The notes beneath the pieces are model-generated. The model made no database searches and had not been told where the DNA came from. It was given only the letters and a program-made list of their open reading frames with translations. This document shows, piece after piece, positions 34,228-46,544 of a DNA stretch of 64,000 nucleotides; position 1 is the first letter of the stretch; every line of letters begins with the position of its first letter. The stretch is from the NCBI RefSeq assembly GCF_004010195.1, contig NC_057719.1, positions 89,465,403-89,529,402 on the forward strand. Reading direction: 5' to 3'. The DNA comes from Chiloscyllium plagiosum. Lineage: Eukaryota. A program made the position numbers and the translations under genes.

Positions 34228-37200
34228 GTAGGACATGACTACTATTTCATGGTGCACATTTTGGGATGCTCCGTTACACTGCCATCAAAACTAGCAGAAA
34301 ATTTCCTTGAAGTTTAGAAGAGCTTGTCTCACTAATGAGTTAATTTTACTTGTAGAAATCGATGTCTGAATTTCTAATCCTACTGACCTCTCCATTAGTA
34401 GGTTGGAATGGAGGATGGACCACTCCTGGTAGGAACAAAAGAAGTTTGGGAAAAAATACAGCCCATTGCATCACAGCTGCATTACTAATCTAGTATTGTA
34501 ATTGTTCTTCTGTCATGTCTGATTGAGATAAATGGTTTGGACTGTGCCACTAAAATAATGTCACTTTAGTTTGCTGCTAACTTGTGGAAACTTCATTCAG
34601 ATGATAACTCCTTTCCCTCTTAAGTGCAAAGGTTTTAGATTCATGTTATATTATTGAGTTGGGCACCCAGTATTTAGCGCAGCCTTTCTACCTGTATTAG
34701 GCTGTCCTGTTGGGCATGCCATCCACAGGAAGCTGCGGGGAGTCTTCCTTACAGAGGCACTTGAGTCTGATAATATCATAAGGCTCTAAACTGTGACTTC
34801 AATGGAAAAAATAGCCCTGCCATTGTTCAGATCACATGCTATCTTTTCACCAACCAATCTTTAATCTTAAGAAAATAACTAGAAACATTATACAAATAAA
34901 TCATACTCAGATTCAAAAAAAGAGGTTATTACGATTACACTTGGACACTTTTTAGTGGACTACACGTTTACAAGATCTATGTAAAACCAAAATGGTCTAA
35001 TAAACCATGGAACTATGCTGTGCTCAGACTGGTATTATGCTGAGGGATTAGTTACACAAATCAAACTTCAAGTTTGTGCCAAGATTCCTTTAGCTTTACA
35101 CTTCCTCTTCCTTTTAATTGAGGGCAACATTCCATTCTTTGGTTGCTTGCTGTAACATTGTAGTAACTACTTGTGATTGATATATGAGGACATGCATATA
35201 TCTCAGTATTACAGCAGTTTACAGTCTCTCTGCATTTAATCGTTTTTCTTTTTTAATTCTTACTATTGAAGTGGGCAACATCATATTTTCTCACATTATA
35301 CTCCATTTGTTAAATTCATGCCCTCTCACTTAGCCTATCCATATCCCTCTGCAGACTCTGTATCCTCTTCACAACTTGCATTTCTATCTATCTGTGTATT
35401 ATCTGCAAATTTGGCTACGACATATTTGTTGCCTTCGTCCAAGTTAATAATATGGATTGGGAATAGTTGAGACCGAAGCACTCCACTAGTTAGAGCTTTC
35501 TAACATCAAAATAAGCCATTTAACCAAATTCTCTGTTTTGTGTTAGTTAGGCAACTGCCTACATGTGCAAAATATCACCCCTAATAGAAGAGCCCTTACT
35601 TTGGGTAGTAACCATTGCGTTTCCTCTTTAATCACTCTGCTTGTACAGCCTTGAAGAGCGTTAATAGATTTTCCAAAAGCTGTTAACTTCTCATGAAATT
35701 ACTGAGTCTGCCTGATTATATTGTGATTTTGAAATGTTCTGTTTTCATGACGGATTCTAGTATTTTCACAATTGCAAATGTTAAACTAAAATTTTGTCAG
35801 AGGCATGAACTTCTTGATCAGAAGTTTTGAAAAACGTTTGTTTTTCTTTGACCTGCTCTGACCTTTTCAGGATCGAGAGAATTTTTGGAGATCACAGCCA
35901 ATGCACCAATTGTCTCTGCAGCCACTTTAAGACCTTTGGGGCATAGGCAATCGTGTCCAACTGCTGAGCTTGCACACATTCATCTGGCAGTAATAATGCT
36001 TAGGTTGGCATGACTCAATTGGAAAGCGTGCGCCAATAGTCAAGTTCAACTATTTCACTATCCTTCACAAATATGTAACTTCCAATTTAAATCACTGTGA
36101 TGGTCAACTTGCCTGATCAACTACTATTCATGACAAATGTAATTGACACCAGGATTTTGTCATTAACCGGAAAAAAACTCTATTGTGAACTCTGATTCAT
36201 GGAGATGTACAGCATGGAAACAGACCCTTTGGTCTAACTCATCCATGCCAACCAGATATTGTACCAGTTTCCACCACTTTCTTTGGCAGCTCATTCCATA
36301 CACGCACCAACTTCTGCGTGAAAAGGTTGCCCCTTAGGTCCCCTTTAAATTTTTGACCTCTCTCCCTAAACCTAGACACTCTAATTCTGGACTCCCCCGC
36401 CCCAGGGAAAAGTCTATTTATCGTATCCATGTCCCTCATGATTTTATAAACCTCAGCCTATACAGCCTGACATGATAGCTCAAATTCAGTAATTTACTAT
36501 TGCGTACCCTTTTGAAGAACCTCAAATCTCTCATCTTCATTTACAAATGAGACAGACAAAACAGACATTGTGACACAAATATTATGGGGAAAACAAAATT
36601 TGCAAGTAAAAGTCCACACCACAAGAGTGGAAAGAGTTTTTTCTCGCGCTTTTGAATTGTAACCGTAATGACACAATGTCTGGAGATAGACGATCGATGT
36701 TTGATTCAAAAGCCAATCAGGTGGGTCTGGGGCTTTATTGGAATTCTTTCTCTTGGGTCTCTGTCCCTTTGTTGTTCCTCACTCTGAAGAGGCTTCTAGG
36801 AGTGCAATGCCTTCTCAGTCTGTAAAACGGCAGATTAAATGGTAATTTAAAACAGCTGTTATTAGGCATTTTTCCCTCAACTCAAAGATTCCTGGTGCTA
36901 CTCTGTTTTGTAAAGTATTTGCTTTACTGCTCTGAGAAGTAACATGATGTTGTGTAGCCCAAGGATACTCCAACTGATCCCACTTGACCATCAAGCTGCA
37001 TAAACCTTTCTGGTACTTTTAACAGTGCTCAACTTCCATTTTCCAGTCTATAATCCAAAAGGAAATGTACAGTCATTTACATGGCCAACAACCTTTTGTC
37101 AGTTATTGCCAATAAAAATGTTTTGATTAGTCATTTATTTACTTGTGGGACTTGGTACACTCAGTTGTATCACATTTCTTGATGTAATTGCAGTAAAACC

Positions 37201-37854
37201 TTTTAAAGTGGATTAACATGAATGTGTTGTCAAATGGAATAGAGTAGGTTAAAAGGACGGGTAGGAAAATGGCACGCGGTTACTTGGAGAAATGCAATGT
37301 AGCACATTTGGAGAATAAGAATAGAGTAAATTTGTTTTACTTTTCATTTAGAGGAAGATGAAGAGAATGCATTGAAATTTAAAGATGGGAATCAAAATAG
37401 ACAACACATTTTCAAATGGAAGACGAGATTTCTCGATATTGTACATCAGATCAAAGCAGGAAAATGCCACTGAATTCAACATCCATTTTTTGAAAAGTGC
37501 TTTTTAGCACTCTGAGGAAGCGAAAGGCACTAAATAAAATATTTGCCAAACAAGAGAATGGAAGTAACTAAGAGAAGTGGGAGAGCACTGAAAGAGAGTA
37601 AATTTAAGATCCAGTGGATTAATGTTAGAATGGGCAGTTACTATAAAAACTCAAAAATTGCAGCTATTTTTCACTGAATAGATTGAAACAAGAGGGTCAA
37701 ATAGTAATGTTCAAAATTCAAAAGAAGGTTTCAGCAGGATAAATGATGGAAATTATTTTGTTGACAAGCAGTAACAACAGTCAGTGTTTTGTGCATTTCT
37801 CTTCGAGAGGAGGAAACCTACTGGCAAGTTATATTTACAAAATCTTTTCTTTAG

Positions 37855-37961
37855 GCTTTGAGCGATCGTTTTAGTGGAGAAATTGCAGATGATCAGATGG
37901 CTCACAGTTGCTTCTTCCCTGATGAATATTTCACTTGTTCTTGCACATGTCTCAGCTGTGG
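37855..37961 (+). CDS. ZFYVE1: ZFYVE1 coding exon 4 (missing from ORF track)
   Basis: Acceptor CTTTTCTTTAG|GCT. Encodes ALSDRFSGEIADDQMAHSCFFPDEYFTCSCTCLSCG. Donor GG|GTAAGT; 107 nt, ends phase 2. Confidence 0.95.
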
Positions 37962-38789
37962 GTAAGTGATAATGTACTTAACAAGAAGTTATATTTTGTT
38001 TAATGTAGGTGTAGATTCACTGGAAAGGTTGGTTTTTGGAAATGCACCTAAGATTGTGCCTTGGCACAGCAATAGAAGGCAACTTTTATTAACTTTCAGC
38101 TATATGAATCGTTATGAGGCGTAAGTTAACAAGTTAGGATGACTAGGGCAGGGTGAGAAAAAGGAGGGTCTGTAGCAGGATGGAAGTGCATCAGTGATAA
38201 GTGGGATTATGTATGAAACTGGGAGTGGCATTGGGAAAATTAAAATAACAAATGGTATGTCGAAAAATGAAACTGTGTAAAGCAGACTCATCAAAGTTAT
38301 CCATAAATAAAAACAACAGTAAATAAAATTGGGACCTGGGTTATGATGTGAAATCATTAAACTCACTGAGTCCAAAAGGCTGTGAAATGTCAATTTGAAA
38401 GATGTAATGCTGTTGTTTGAGTTTGTGTTAACATTTATTGAAGAGTGAAATGAGTAGAGGTCAGAAAGGCCGTGTGAAGAAAACTTTGAATGCTAAATAC
38501 TCTGGATTCCTCTTGGGGACTGAAGGCATGTATTCCATAAAGTGATACCCCGATATGCATTTGGTTTCCTCAGCATGTTGGAGACAACAATGTGAGCAGT
38601 GAATGTTGTTTTAAAATTACAGGAAGTTTAGATCAAGTTCTGTTTCGTTTGGATATTGTATTTGGCTCCTTGGGTAGTCTTTTAAAAAAAAAAGGAGTCA
38701 AAGGATAGAAGGGGACAGGTTGTTAGTAGTGATTTGAGAAATGGACCAGGGTGTTGAAAAGAGAGTGGGGAAAGTGGAAAAGAGAATGT

Positions 38790-40157
38790 GTGTTTTCAAA
38801 CACTGCTTTTTGTCATTTATATAAATAATTTTGGATGTGAATGTAGAAGGTATGGTTAGTAAGTTTGCAGGCAACACCAAAATTGATGGTGTATTGGACA
38901 GTGAAGAAGGTTACCTCAGTGGAGCAAGACCATGATCAGATGGGCCCATGGGCTGAAGAGTGGCAAATGGAGTTTAATCTAGATAAATGTGAGATGCTAC
39001 ATTTTGGTTGGGAAAATCAGAGCAGCACTTATACACTTAATGGTAAGGTCCTGGGGAGTGTTGCTGAACAAAGAGACCTAAGAGTGCAAGTTCGTGGTTC
39101 CTTGAAGGTGGAGTCCCAGGTCCAAGATGGAGGTGGAGTAGGACACACCAGCTGGAACCTGTCTGCTCCATCTGTTCCCTGATTTTTCTTTCTTTTTGTT
39201 GTTTTTTTTTCTTTCTCTTGTATCTTTATTTTTTGTCAGTGTCCTGGAGCAGGGCGAGTTGGCAGCCAGCAGTTGAGGCGGCGTCTGTGGGCATGGAACA
39301 GAGCGGGGACTGCTGATAAAGTGGAGACGGCCAGCAGATAGGATCAGAGCCGGGGCAAGCAGCAACCTGGAGTGAGGGCAGCCAGTTGGCCTGGGATGGA
39401 GTGGGAACAGCCAGCAGACTGGATCAGAGCCTGGGCAAGCAGCGACCTGGAATGAGGGTAGCCAGTGGGCCTTTTCACTGAACTGCTGTTGTTCTGACAA
39501 TAAACCTAATTCTAAGGTAGACAGGTTAGTGAAGAAGGTGTTTGGTACGCTTGCCTTTATTGGTCAGTGCATTGAGGATACGAGTTGGGAGGTCATGTGC
39601 AGCTGTTCAGGGCCTTGGTTTGGCCACTTTGGACTTGTGGTCTGTTTGCTACGGCAAAGATGTTGTAAAACTTGAAAGGGTTCAGAAACTATTTACAAGG
39701 ATGTTGCTCGGATTGGAGGATTTGAGCTATTGGGAGAGGCTGAATAAGCTGGGATTACTTTCCTTTGAGCACTGGAGGCTGAGGGGGTGACCTTATAGAA
39801 GTTTGTAAAGTCATGAGGGGCATGGATAGGGTGAATAGACAAGGTCTTTTCTCCAGAGTAAAGGAGTCCAAAAGGCGAGGACATAGGTTTAAGGTAAGAA
39901 GGGAAAGATTTAAAAAGGACCTGAGGGGGCAACTTTTTCACGCAGACATTCGTGCGTGTATGGAATGAACTGCCAGAGGAAATGGTGGCAGAAGGTACAA
40001 TTACAACATTTAAAAGGCATCTGAATGGGTACATGAATAGGAAGAGTTTAGAGGGATATGGGCCAAGTGCTGGCAAATGGGGCTAGATTAGTTTAGGATA
40101 TCTGGTTGGCATGGACAAGTTGGAATGAGAGGTCTGTTTCTGTGCTATACCTTTCTC
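38790..40157 (+). mobile_element. CR1 LINE 3' end, interrupted at 39122-39514
   Basis: WQMEFNLDKCEMLHFG, EQRDLRVQV, LERVQKLFTRML; 3' tail. Confidence 0.85.
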
Positions 40158-40634
40158 TGATGAAGTGGCATCGTGCTGGAGATGGCAGAAATGACAGAGG
40201 TTGATTCAATGGATGTGGAGTTGGAAAGTGAGGGCAAAGGATTCCTGTCATAGTTCTGAGGATGTGGGATTGGCGTGAAATCATTATTGCACAGAAATGG
40301 TGTGGACATGACTGAGGATTCTTGGGTTGCATAGTCAGGTTCTAGATCAAGTGTTGTTATTAACAGCAAAGTATGAAATGTTCAAACCTGAAGCAAAGGA
40401 AAGAGCAGCTGGGCAGACTTTGTCCCCAACTTTTCAAACAGAAAAGAAAGGGAAAGACAAAAGGATGCAGCTAGTAAAGTCAGAAAAGTGAACGTCCTTT
40501 CTGTGGAGATCCAGGCTGAGTGCTGGAGTGAAGATTTTATTTTGGTTGAAGACATGCATCCTTGGTGATCAGGCGAATTTGAAAAATTGATCCTGGAGAG
40601 AATCATTGATGTGAGGTTATCTCTTATTTAGTTC

Positions 40635-41945
40635 AAGTCATAGAGTTGTACAGCACGGAAACAGACCCATCCATGCTGACCAGATATCCCAACCCAACCT
40701 CGTCCCACCTGCCAGCACCTGGCCCATGTCCCTCCAAACCCTTCCTATTCATATACCCATCCCAAATACCTTTTAAATGTTGCAATTGTACCAGCCTCCA
40801 CCACATCCTCTGGCAGCTCATTCCATGCATGTACCACCCTCTGCGTGAAAAGGTTGCGCCTTGGGTCTCTTTTATATCTTTCCCCTCTCACCAACAGTGG
40901 CCTAACCAATGTCCTGTACAGCCCCAACATGACCTCCCAACTCCTGTACTCAATACTATGCCGTCTAGTTCTGGACTACCCCACCCCATGGACCAAGACT
41001 GTTAATTTAACACCTCAGCTTCTGACGCTCCAGGGAAAACAGCCCCAGCCTATTCAACTTCTCCCTATAGCTCAAATCCTCCAACCCTGGCAAGGAGTTA
41101 TGAATGTGCGCTCCAAGGTCTCTTTGTTCAGCAACCCTCCCAAGGACCTTACCATTAAGTGTATAAGTCCTGCGAAGATTTGCTTTCCCAAAATGCAGCA
41201 CCTTGCATTTATCTAAATTAAACTCTATCGGCCATTCCTCAGCCCATTGGCCCATCTGATCAAGATCCTGTTGTACTCTGAGGTAACCTTCTTCGCTGTC
41301 CACTACACCTCCAATTTTGGTATCATCTACAAACTTAAACCTCTTAAACCTCTTAAACTCACATCCAAATCATTTATATAAATGACTGACAGTAGTGGGC
41401 CCAGCACCGATCCTTGTGGCACTCCACTGGTCACAGGCCTTCAGTCTGAAAAACAACCTTCCACCGCCACCCTCTGTCTTCTATCTTTGAGCCAGTTCTA
41501 TATCCAAATGGGCTTGTTCTCCCTGTATTCCATGAGATCTAACCTTGCTAAGCAGATTCCCATGGGGAACCTCGTCGAACGCCTTACTGAACTCCATATG
41601 GATCACATCTACTGCTCTGCCGTCATCTTTGTTACTTCTTCAAAAAACTCAATCAAGTTTGTGAGACATGATTTCCCACGCACAAAGCCATGTTGATTAT
41701 TCCTAATCAGTCCTTGCCTTTCCAAATACATGTACATCCTGTTCCTCAGGATTCCCTCCAACAACTTGCCCACCACCGATGTCAGACTCACTGGTCTATA
41801 GTTCCCTGGCTTTTCCTTAGCACCTTTCTTAAACAGTAGCACCATGTTTGCCAACTTCCAGTCTTCGGGCACCTCACCTATGACTATCGAAGATACAAAT
41901 TTTTCAGCAAGAGGCCCAGCAATCACTTCCCTAGCTTTCCACAGC
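40635..41945 (-). mobile_element. CR1 LINE RT and 3' end, internally rearranged
   Basis: PGNYRPVSLTSVVGKLLE, QHGFVRGKSCLTNL; tail at the left end. Confidence 0.87.
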
Positions 41946-42261
41946 ATTCTACTTCTCTTTTTAAAAAAAACTCTAACATTTTTTAGCAGATACACAATGT
42001 TAAAACTTAACTAAATGGGAGATGCAAACTTGTTTGAAACTGGGTGTGTTGGCTTGGTACTTGAAAAAAGTCATAAGTTTTGGAGAGGTGAGCAGTGGTG
42101 TATAATTGTCTTGGAGATTTTGCTGTGTTGAAAGATTGAAAGGAGAGTATGTTTTCTGTAGATTTAAAAGATTAATTGACCGTTAGGTAAGATTTGGCGA
42201 AGTGCTTATAGCCCTCTCTCACTCCCTAGCGCCCACTCACACACTCTGGTGAGCGCCCACG

Positions 42262-42290
42262 CTCTCTCTGTCTCTCTCTCTCTCTCTCTT
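42262..42290. repeat. (TC)n microsatellite
   Basis: CTCTCTCTGTCTCTCTCTCTCTCTCTCT. Confidence 0.85.
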
Positions 42291-43353
42291 GTGCCCTCGT
42301 GTGCTCTCTGTCCCTTGCGTCTGTAGGCTCACTCCCTGTGACCTGCGCGCACTCTCATTCGAGCCTGCTTGCTCTGGAATATCCTAATCACATTGGTTTA
42401 GTTGTATAATTTCACGATTTTCAGTCATCAGAAGGGAATAACCAGGCTGTTGGAATGAACTTGTGACTGTTTAATGCAGAAAGGTATGTTCTGTTTTACA
42501 GAGCAAGAGGTGCGAGTGTAAACTGGGGTCAGATTCTGCAGGGGAAGCATGAGCAATCATTAGGGGATATCAGAACTGTCAAATCTATTTGAATTTATTG
42601 ACGTAACAGCAGGATAGATAATGGGGAGCAATTGATATAATACAGGGTATTTGCCTTTCCAAAGGCATTCAATGAGGTACTGCGCATAACTATACTGAAA
42701 AGAGCTCATAGTGTTAGGGCTTGTATATTAGCATGGAATCAAGGATTGACTAACTGATAGAAGTCAATGGCATGGAAATAAGCCCAACTTTGCCCAGTGT
42801 CCAGTATTCACAATTAAACAAAATCCATTGTGTACATTTGGTTCATATTTTTCAATTCCTGTTCCATTCATTTTCCTATCTAAATGTTACTTAAATGACA
42901 ATGTTATAGTCACTTCCATCGCTACCTCTGGCAGCCTGTTGCAGACACCACTCTCTGCGTAAAAAAAATGTCCCTCTGGACCCTTTTGAGTTATCCCCCC
43001 CCCCCTCCCCCCACCTCTCACCTTAAACCTATGCCGTCTAGTTTTAAACTCCCCTGTCATGGGGGAAGGCTGTTGGGTATCTATCTTAACTATGTCTGTC
43101 ATAATTTTATAGATCTGTATAACGTCACCCCTCAGTCTTCTACGCTCCAGGGAAAAGGATTCCCAGCCTATCCAATCTCTCCTTACAACTCAAACCTTCC
43201 AGGCAAGGTAGCATCCTAATAAATCTTTTCTGCACTCTTTCCAGTTAAATAATCTTTTCTACAATAGGGTGACCAGAACTGAATGCAGTAATGCAAGTGT
43301 GGTCGCGCCAACATCTTGTACAGCTCCAACAAGATGTCTCTTGTACACTCGTA

Positions 43354-43669
43354 TACAGATTACAGATTACATTACAGTGTGGAAACAGGCCCTTCTGCCC
43401 AACAAGTCCACACCGCCCCGCCGAAGCGCAACCCACCCATACTCCTACATTTACCCCTTGCCTAACACTACGGGCAATTTAGCATGGCCAATTCACCTGA
43501 CCTGCACATCTTTGGACAGTGGGAGGAAACCGGAGCACCCGGAGGAAACCCACGCAGACACGGGGAGAACGTGCAAACTCCACGCAGTCAGTCGCCTGAG
43601 GCGGGAATTGAACCCGGGTCTCTGGCGCTGTGAGGCAGCAGTGCTAACCACTGTGCCACCGTGCCGCCC
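43354..43669 (-). mobile_element. HE1-type SINE, full length
   Basis: Reverse complement nearly identical to 6467-6797; interrupts a CR1 fragment. Confidence 0.9.
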
Positions 43670-44135
43670 ACCAATGCACTCATCAATGAAGACAAGCATA
43701 CCAAACACCACCTTCACTCACCTATCTACTTGTGACTCCAATTTCAACTAAGTAACTTTTATAAATGATAAATAACAGTGGATCCAGCACTGATCCTTGT
43801 GGCACACTGCTGGTCGCAGGGCTCTGAGAACAATCCTTTACCACCACCCTCTGTCTTCTACCATCCTGATTTCCTTCATCCAAGCTGCCTGTACCTGAGC
43901 CAAGTGTCCTCCTTTTTTTCTTGTCAACCAGAGTTCCTTACTCCTGCCAACCTTGCCCTTCATCCTCACAAAACATGTAGATCTTGACCTTTAGCTATCA
44001 CACTTTTAAAGATCTTCCATTTGCTGGAAGTCTCCTTGCCTGGAAGGAGTTCTTGGTGAGATAGAGGACACTTTCAGAATGACAATTTGTAACTAGTGGA
44101 GTGCTGAGCCTCAATTATTTACAATATTTATTCAT

Positions 44136-44230
44136 GGAGGAGGAGAAAGTAGGGCTTATGCCTGAAACATCGATTCTCCTGCCCCTCGAATGACCTGCTG
44201 TGCTTTTCCAGCAACACACTCTCGATCCCT
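44136..44230. mobile_element. PLE-tail mini-element
   Basis: 12-bp TSD ATATTTATTCAT at 44124-44135 and 44231-44242; contains AGGGCTTATGCCTGAAACATCGATTCTCC. Confidence 0.78.
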
Positions 44231-44696
44231 ATATTTATTCATTACTTGGAAACAGGAAGTGAATGTATTATCTACTATGTACTAAGTCTGTGAATGACAA
44301 AAATAGGTTGGGTGGATGGTAAGTGGTGAGGATTCCATTAACCGTCTGCTGATTAAGTAAATAAACAAAAACTTGTCAGATTGAATATGACATGGGAAAA
44401 TGTGAGGTTATGCACTTTGGCAGGAAGAGTAGAAGGGCTGAACATTAATTAAATGCACAAAGCTACAGCATAAAGGGGTTTGGAGTCCTTATGCATGGAC
44501 TCAGTTGTTGGCCCAGTCTCAATTAAATGTTGTTAAGAATTATTTGAGAAGAGTTTCCTTGCTTCTGTCTAGATGTCTGGTGTATTTAAATAAATCACAG
44601 TATAACAAAAATAACACTTGCTATCTTTGGAAAGATACCCAGTTGGAGTGATTTTACTGTACAGATTTGTTTGTGTTCAATGTTGCTTTGATTTAG

Positions 44697-44805
44697 GATT
44701 GGATGCAAGAACAGTATGAATCATGCAAAAGATGGCATTCCTCATGAATCTGAAAGCCGCTGCAGTTACTCTCACCAGTATGATAACAGAGTGTACACCT
44801 GCAAG
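44697..44805 (+). CDS. ZFYVE1: ZFYVE1 coding exon 5 (missing from ORF track); gene continues beyond the window
   Basis: Acceptor TTTGATTTAG|G completes Gly. Encodes IGCKNSMNHAKDGIPHESESRCSYSHQYDNRVYTCK. Donor AAG|GTGAGT; 109 nt, phase 0. I found no next exon before 64000. Confidence 0.95.
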
Positions 44806-45645
44806 GTGAGTGTCTCTGATATTTCAAAATTTTCTGCAACAGTGCTAGCTCCTGTGTTTACCAGAAAGTGAAAAAAGCATTAAGGGATACATCAGTCATC
44901 CCACAGGAGCAAGTGCATTGTTTGTGGACTTCATCAATTCTGCTGTGAGCAAGTTAATTTCAGTCTTAAAGTATATTCATATAACATTTATCTTCACTTG
45001 GGAGAAGGGAAATGTAGGTTCAGAATTTGGGAAGGTGGAACTGTGAGTTTACAAGCAGATTGACATTGGGAATGAGGGAGTATTGGAGATTTTGGCATGT
45101 TTAAAATTGGACAAGAACCTCGGTCATGATAAGTTGTGTTCCGGGCTGCTATGGAAGATGAGGGAGGGGCTCACAGAGGCCCTGTCCTTTCTGGCCATGG
45201 GGCACCTAATATAGTTCTGGTTTTCAAGAAGGATGCTAAAGATAAACCAGGGAATTACACATTCATAAGTCTCGTCAGTTGTAGGGAAAGTATTCTAGAA
45301 AATTCTGAAGGAGAGAATTAATCTCCATTTAGAGAAGTAAGAGTACAAGAGATTTTATTAGAGACAGTGAACATGACTTTGTCAGATTGAGCTCATGGCT
45401 AATAAATCTGATGGAATCTTTCAAAGAGATGGTCAAATATGGGGATGTGGGTAGTTCAGTTGATATAGTTTACATGGATTTTAGCAAAGCTTTTGACAAG
45501 GTCCCACATGGGAGCCTGATAAAGGACTCAGAGGCACAGTGGTTAGCATTGCTGCCTCAGACTGATTCCAGTTCTGGGTGTCTGACTGTGTTGAGTTTGC
45601 ATGTTCTCTCTGTGTCTGCGTGGATTTCTGGCAGTTGCTGTGGTT

Positions 45646-45935
45646 TAGATTAGATTAGATTACTTACAGTGTGGAAACAGGCCCTGCGGCCCAACAAGTC
45701 CACACCAACCTGCCGAAGCGCAACCCACCCAGACCCATTCCCCCATATTCACCCCTGCCCTTAAAACAGATTAGGCAATTCACCTAACCTGCACAGTTTT
45801 GGACTGGGAGGAAACCCACGCAGAAAAGGGAAGAATGTGCAAACTCCACACAGTCAGTCACCTGAGGCGGGAATTGGACCCGGGTCTCTGGCGCTGTGAG
45901 GCAGCAGTGCTAACCACTGTGCCACCATGCTGCCC
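45646..45935 (-). mobile_element. HE1-type SINE nested in an older + strand SINE (about 45530-46070)
   Basis: Older SINE head at 45530-45645 resumes after 45935. Confidence 0.8.
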
Positions 45936-46544
45936 ACGGTGTACTGATTAGATGGATTGACCATGATGGGGCAATTGGCAAGTGGTGGGGATGGGTCTGG
46001 TTGGGATGTTCTTGGGATGAGAATCAGTGGTACAGAAGGGCAAGGTGACTTTTGGCACTGTAGGGATTCTAAAGAAGGTAAAGTCATATGGAAACCAGCA
46101 TAACTTGGCTAGTTGGAACCAAATATGGCTTCGTGGAGATCCTGAAGAAGGGATATGCCCAAAACATTGACTCTCTCGCTCCTTAGATGCAGTCTGACCT
46201 GCTGTGGTTTTTCAAGCCACGCTTTATCAATTCTGACTCTTCAGCATCTGTAGTTGTCATTTTCTCCTCCCTGTTGGAGGTAGGTTACTGAGGCCAGTGT
46301 TGCACCACAGGGATCAGTGCTGGGTCCCTTATCGTTTGTGTTGATATATTTTTATATGTATATAATATAGGCAGCTGACAACAAAGTCTGCAGATGACAT
46401 GAAGATTGGCCAGGTGGTTGACAGTGAACAAAAAAGTCTTAGGATACAGGAGGATATAAATTGATTGGTCAATGGCAGATGGAATTTAAGCCCGATACGT
46501 GTAAGGTGATGCACTATGGAAGCAACAAGAAGAGAAGGGAGTTT

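Noticed and set aside
43269..43751. Recurrent ORFs containing GNLAWPIHLTCTSLD..RELNPGLWRCEAAV as a gene family
   Set aside because: Antisense translations of the SINE; also explains the ORFs at 6235, 24862, 62111 and 2890.
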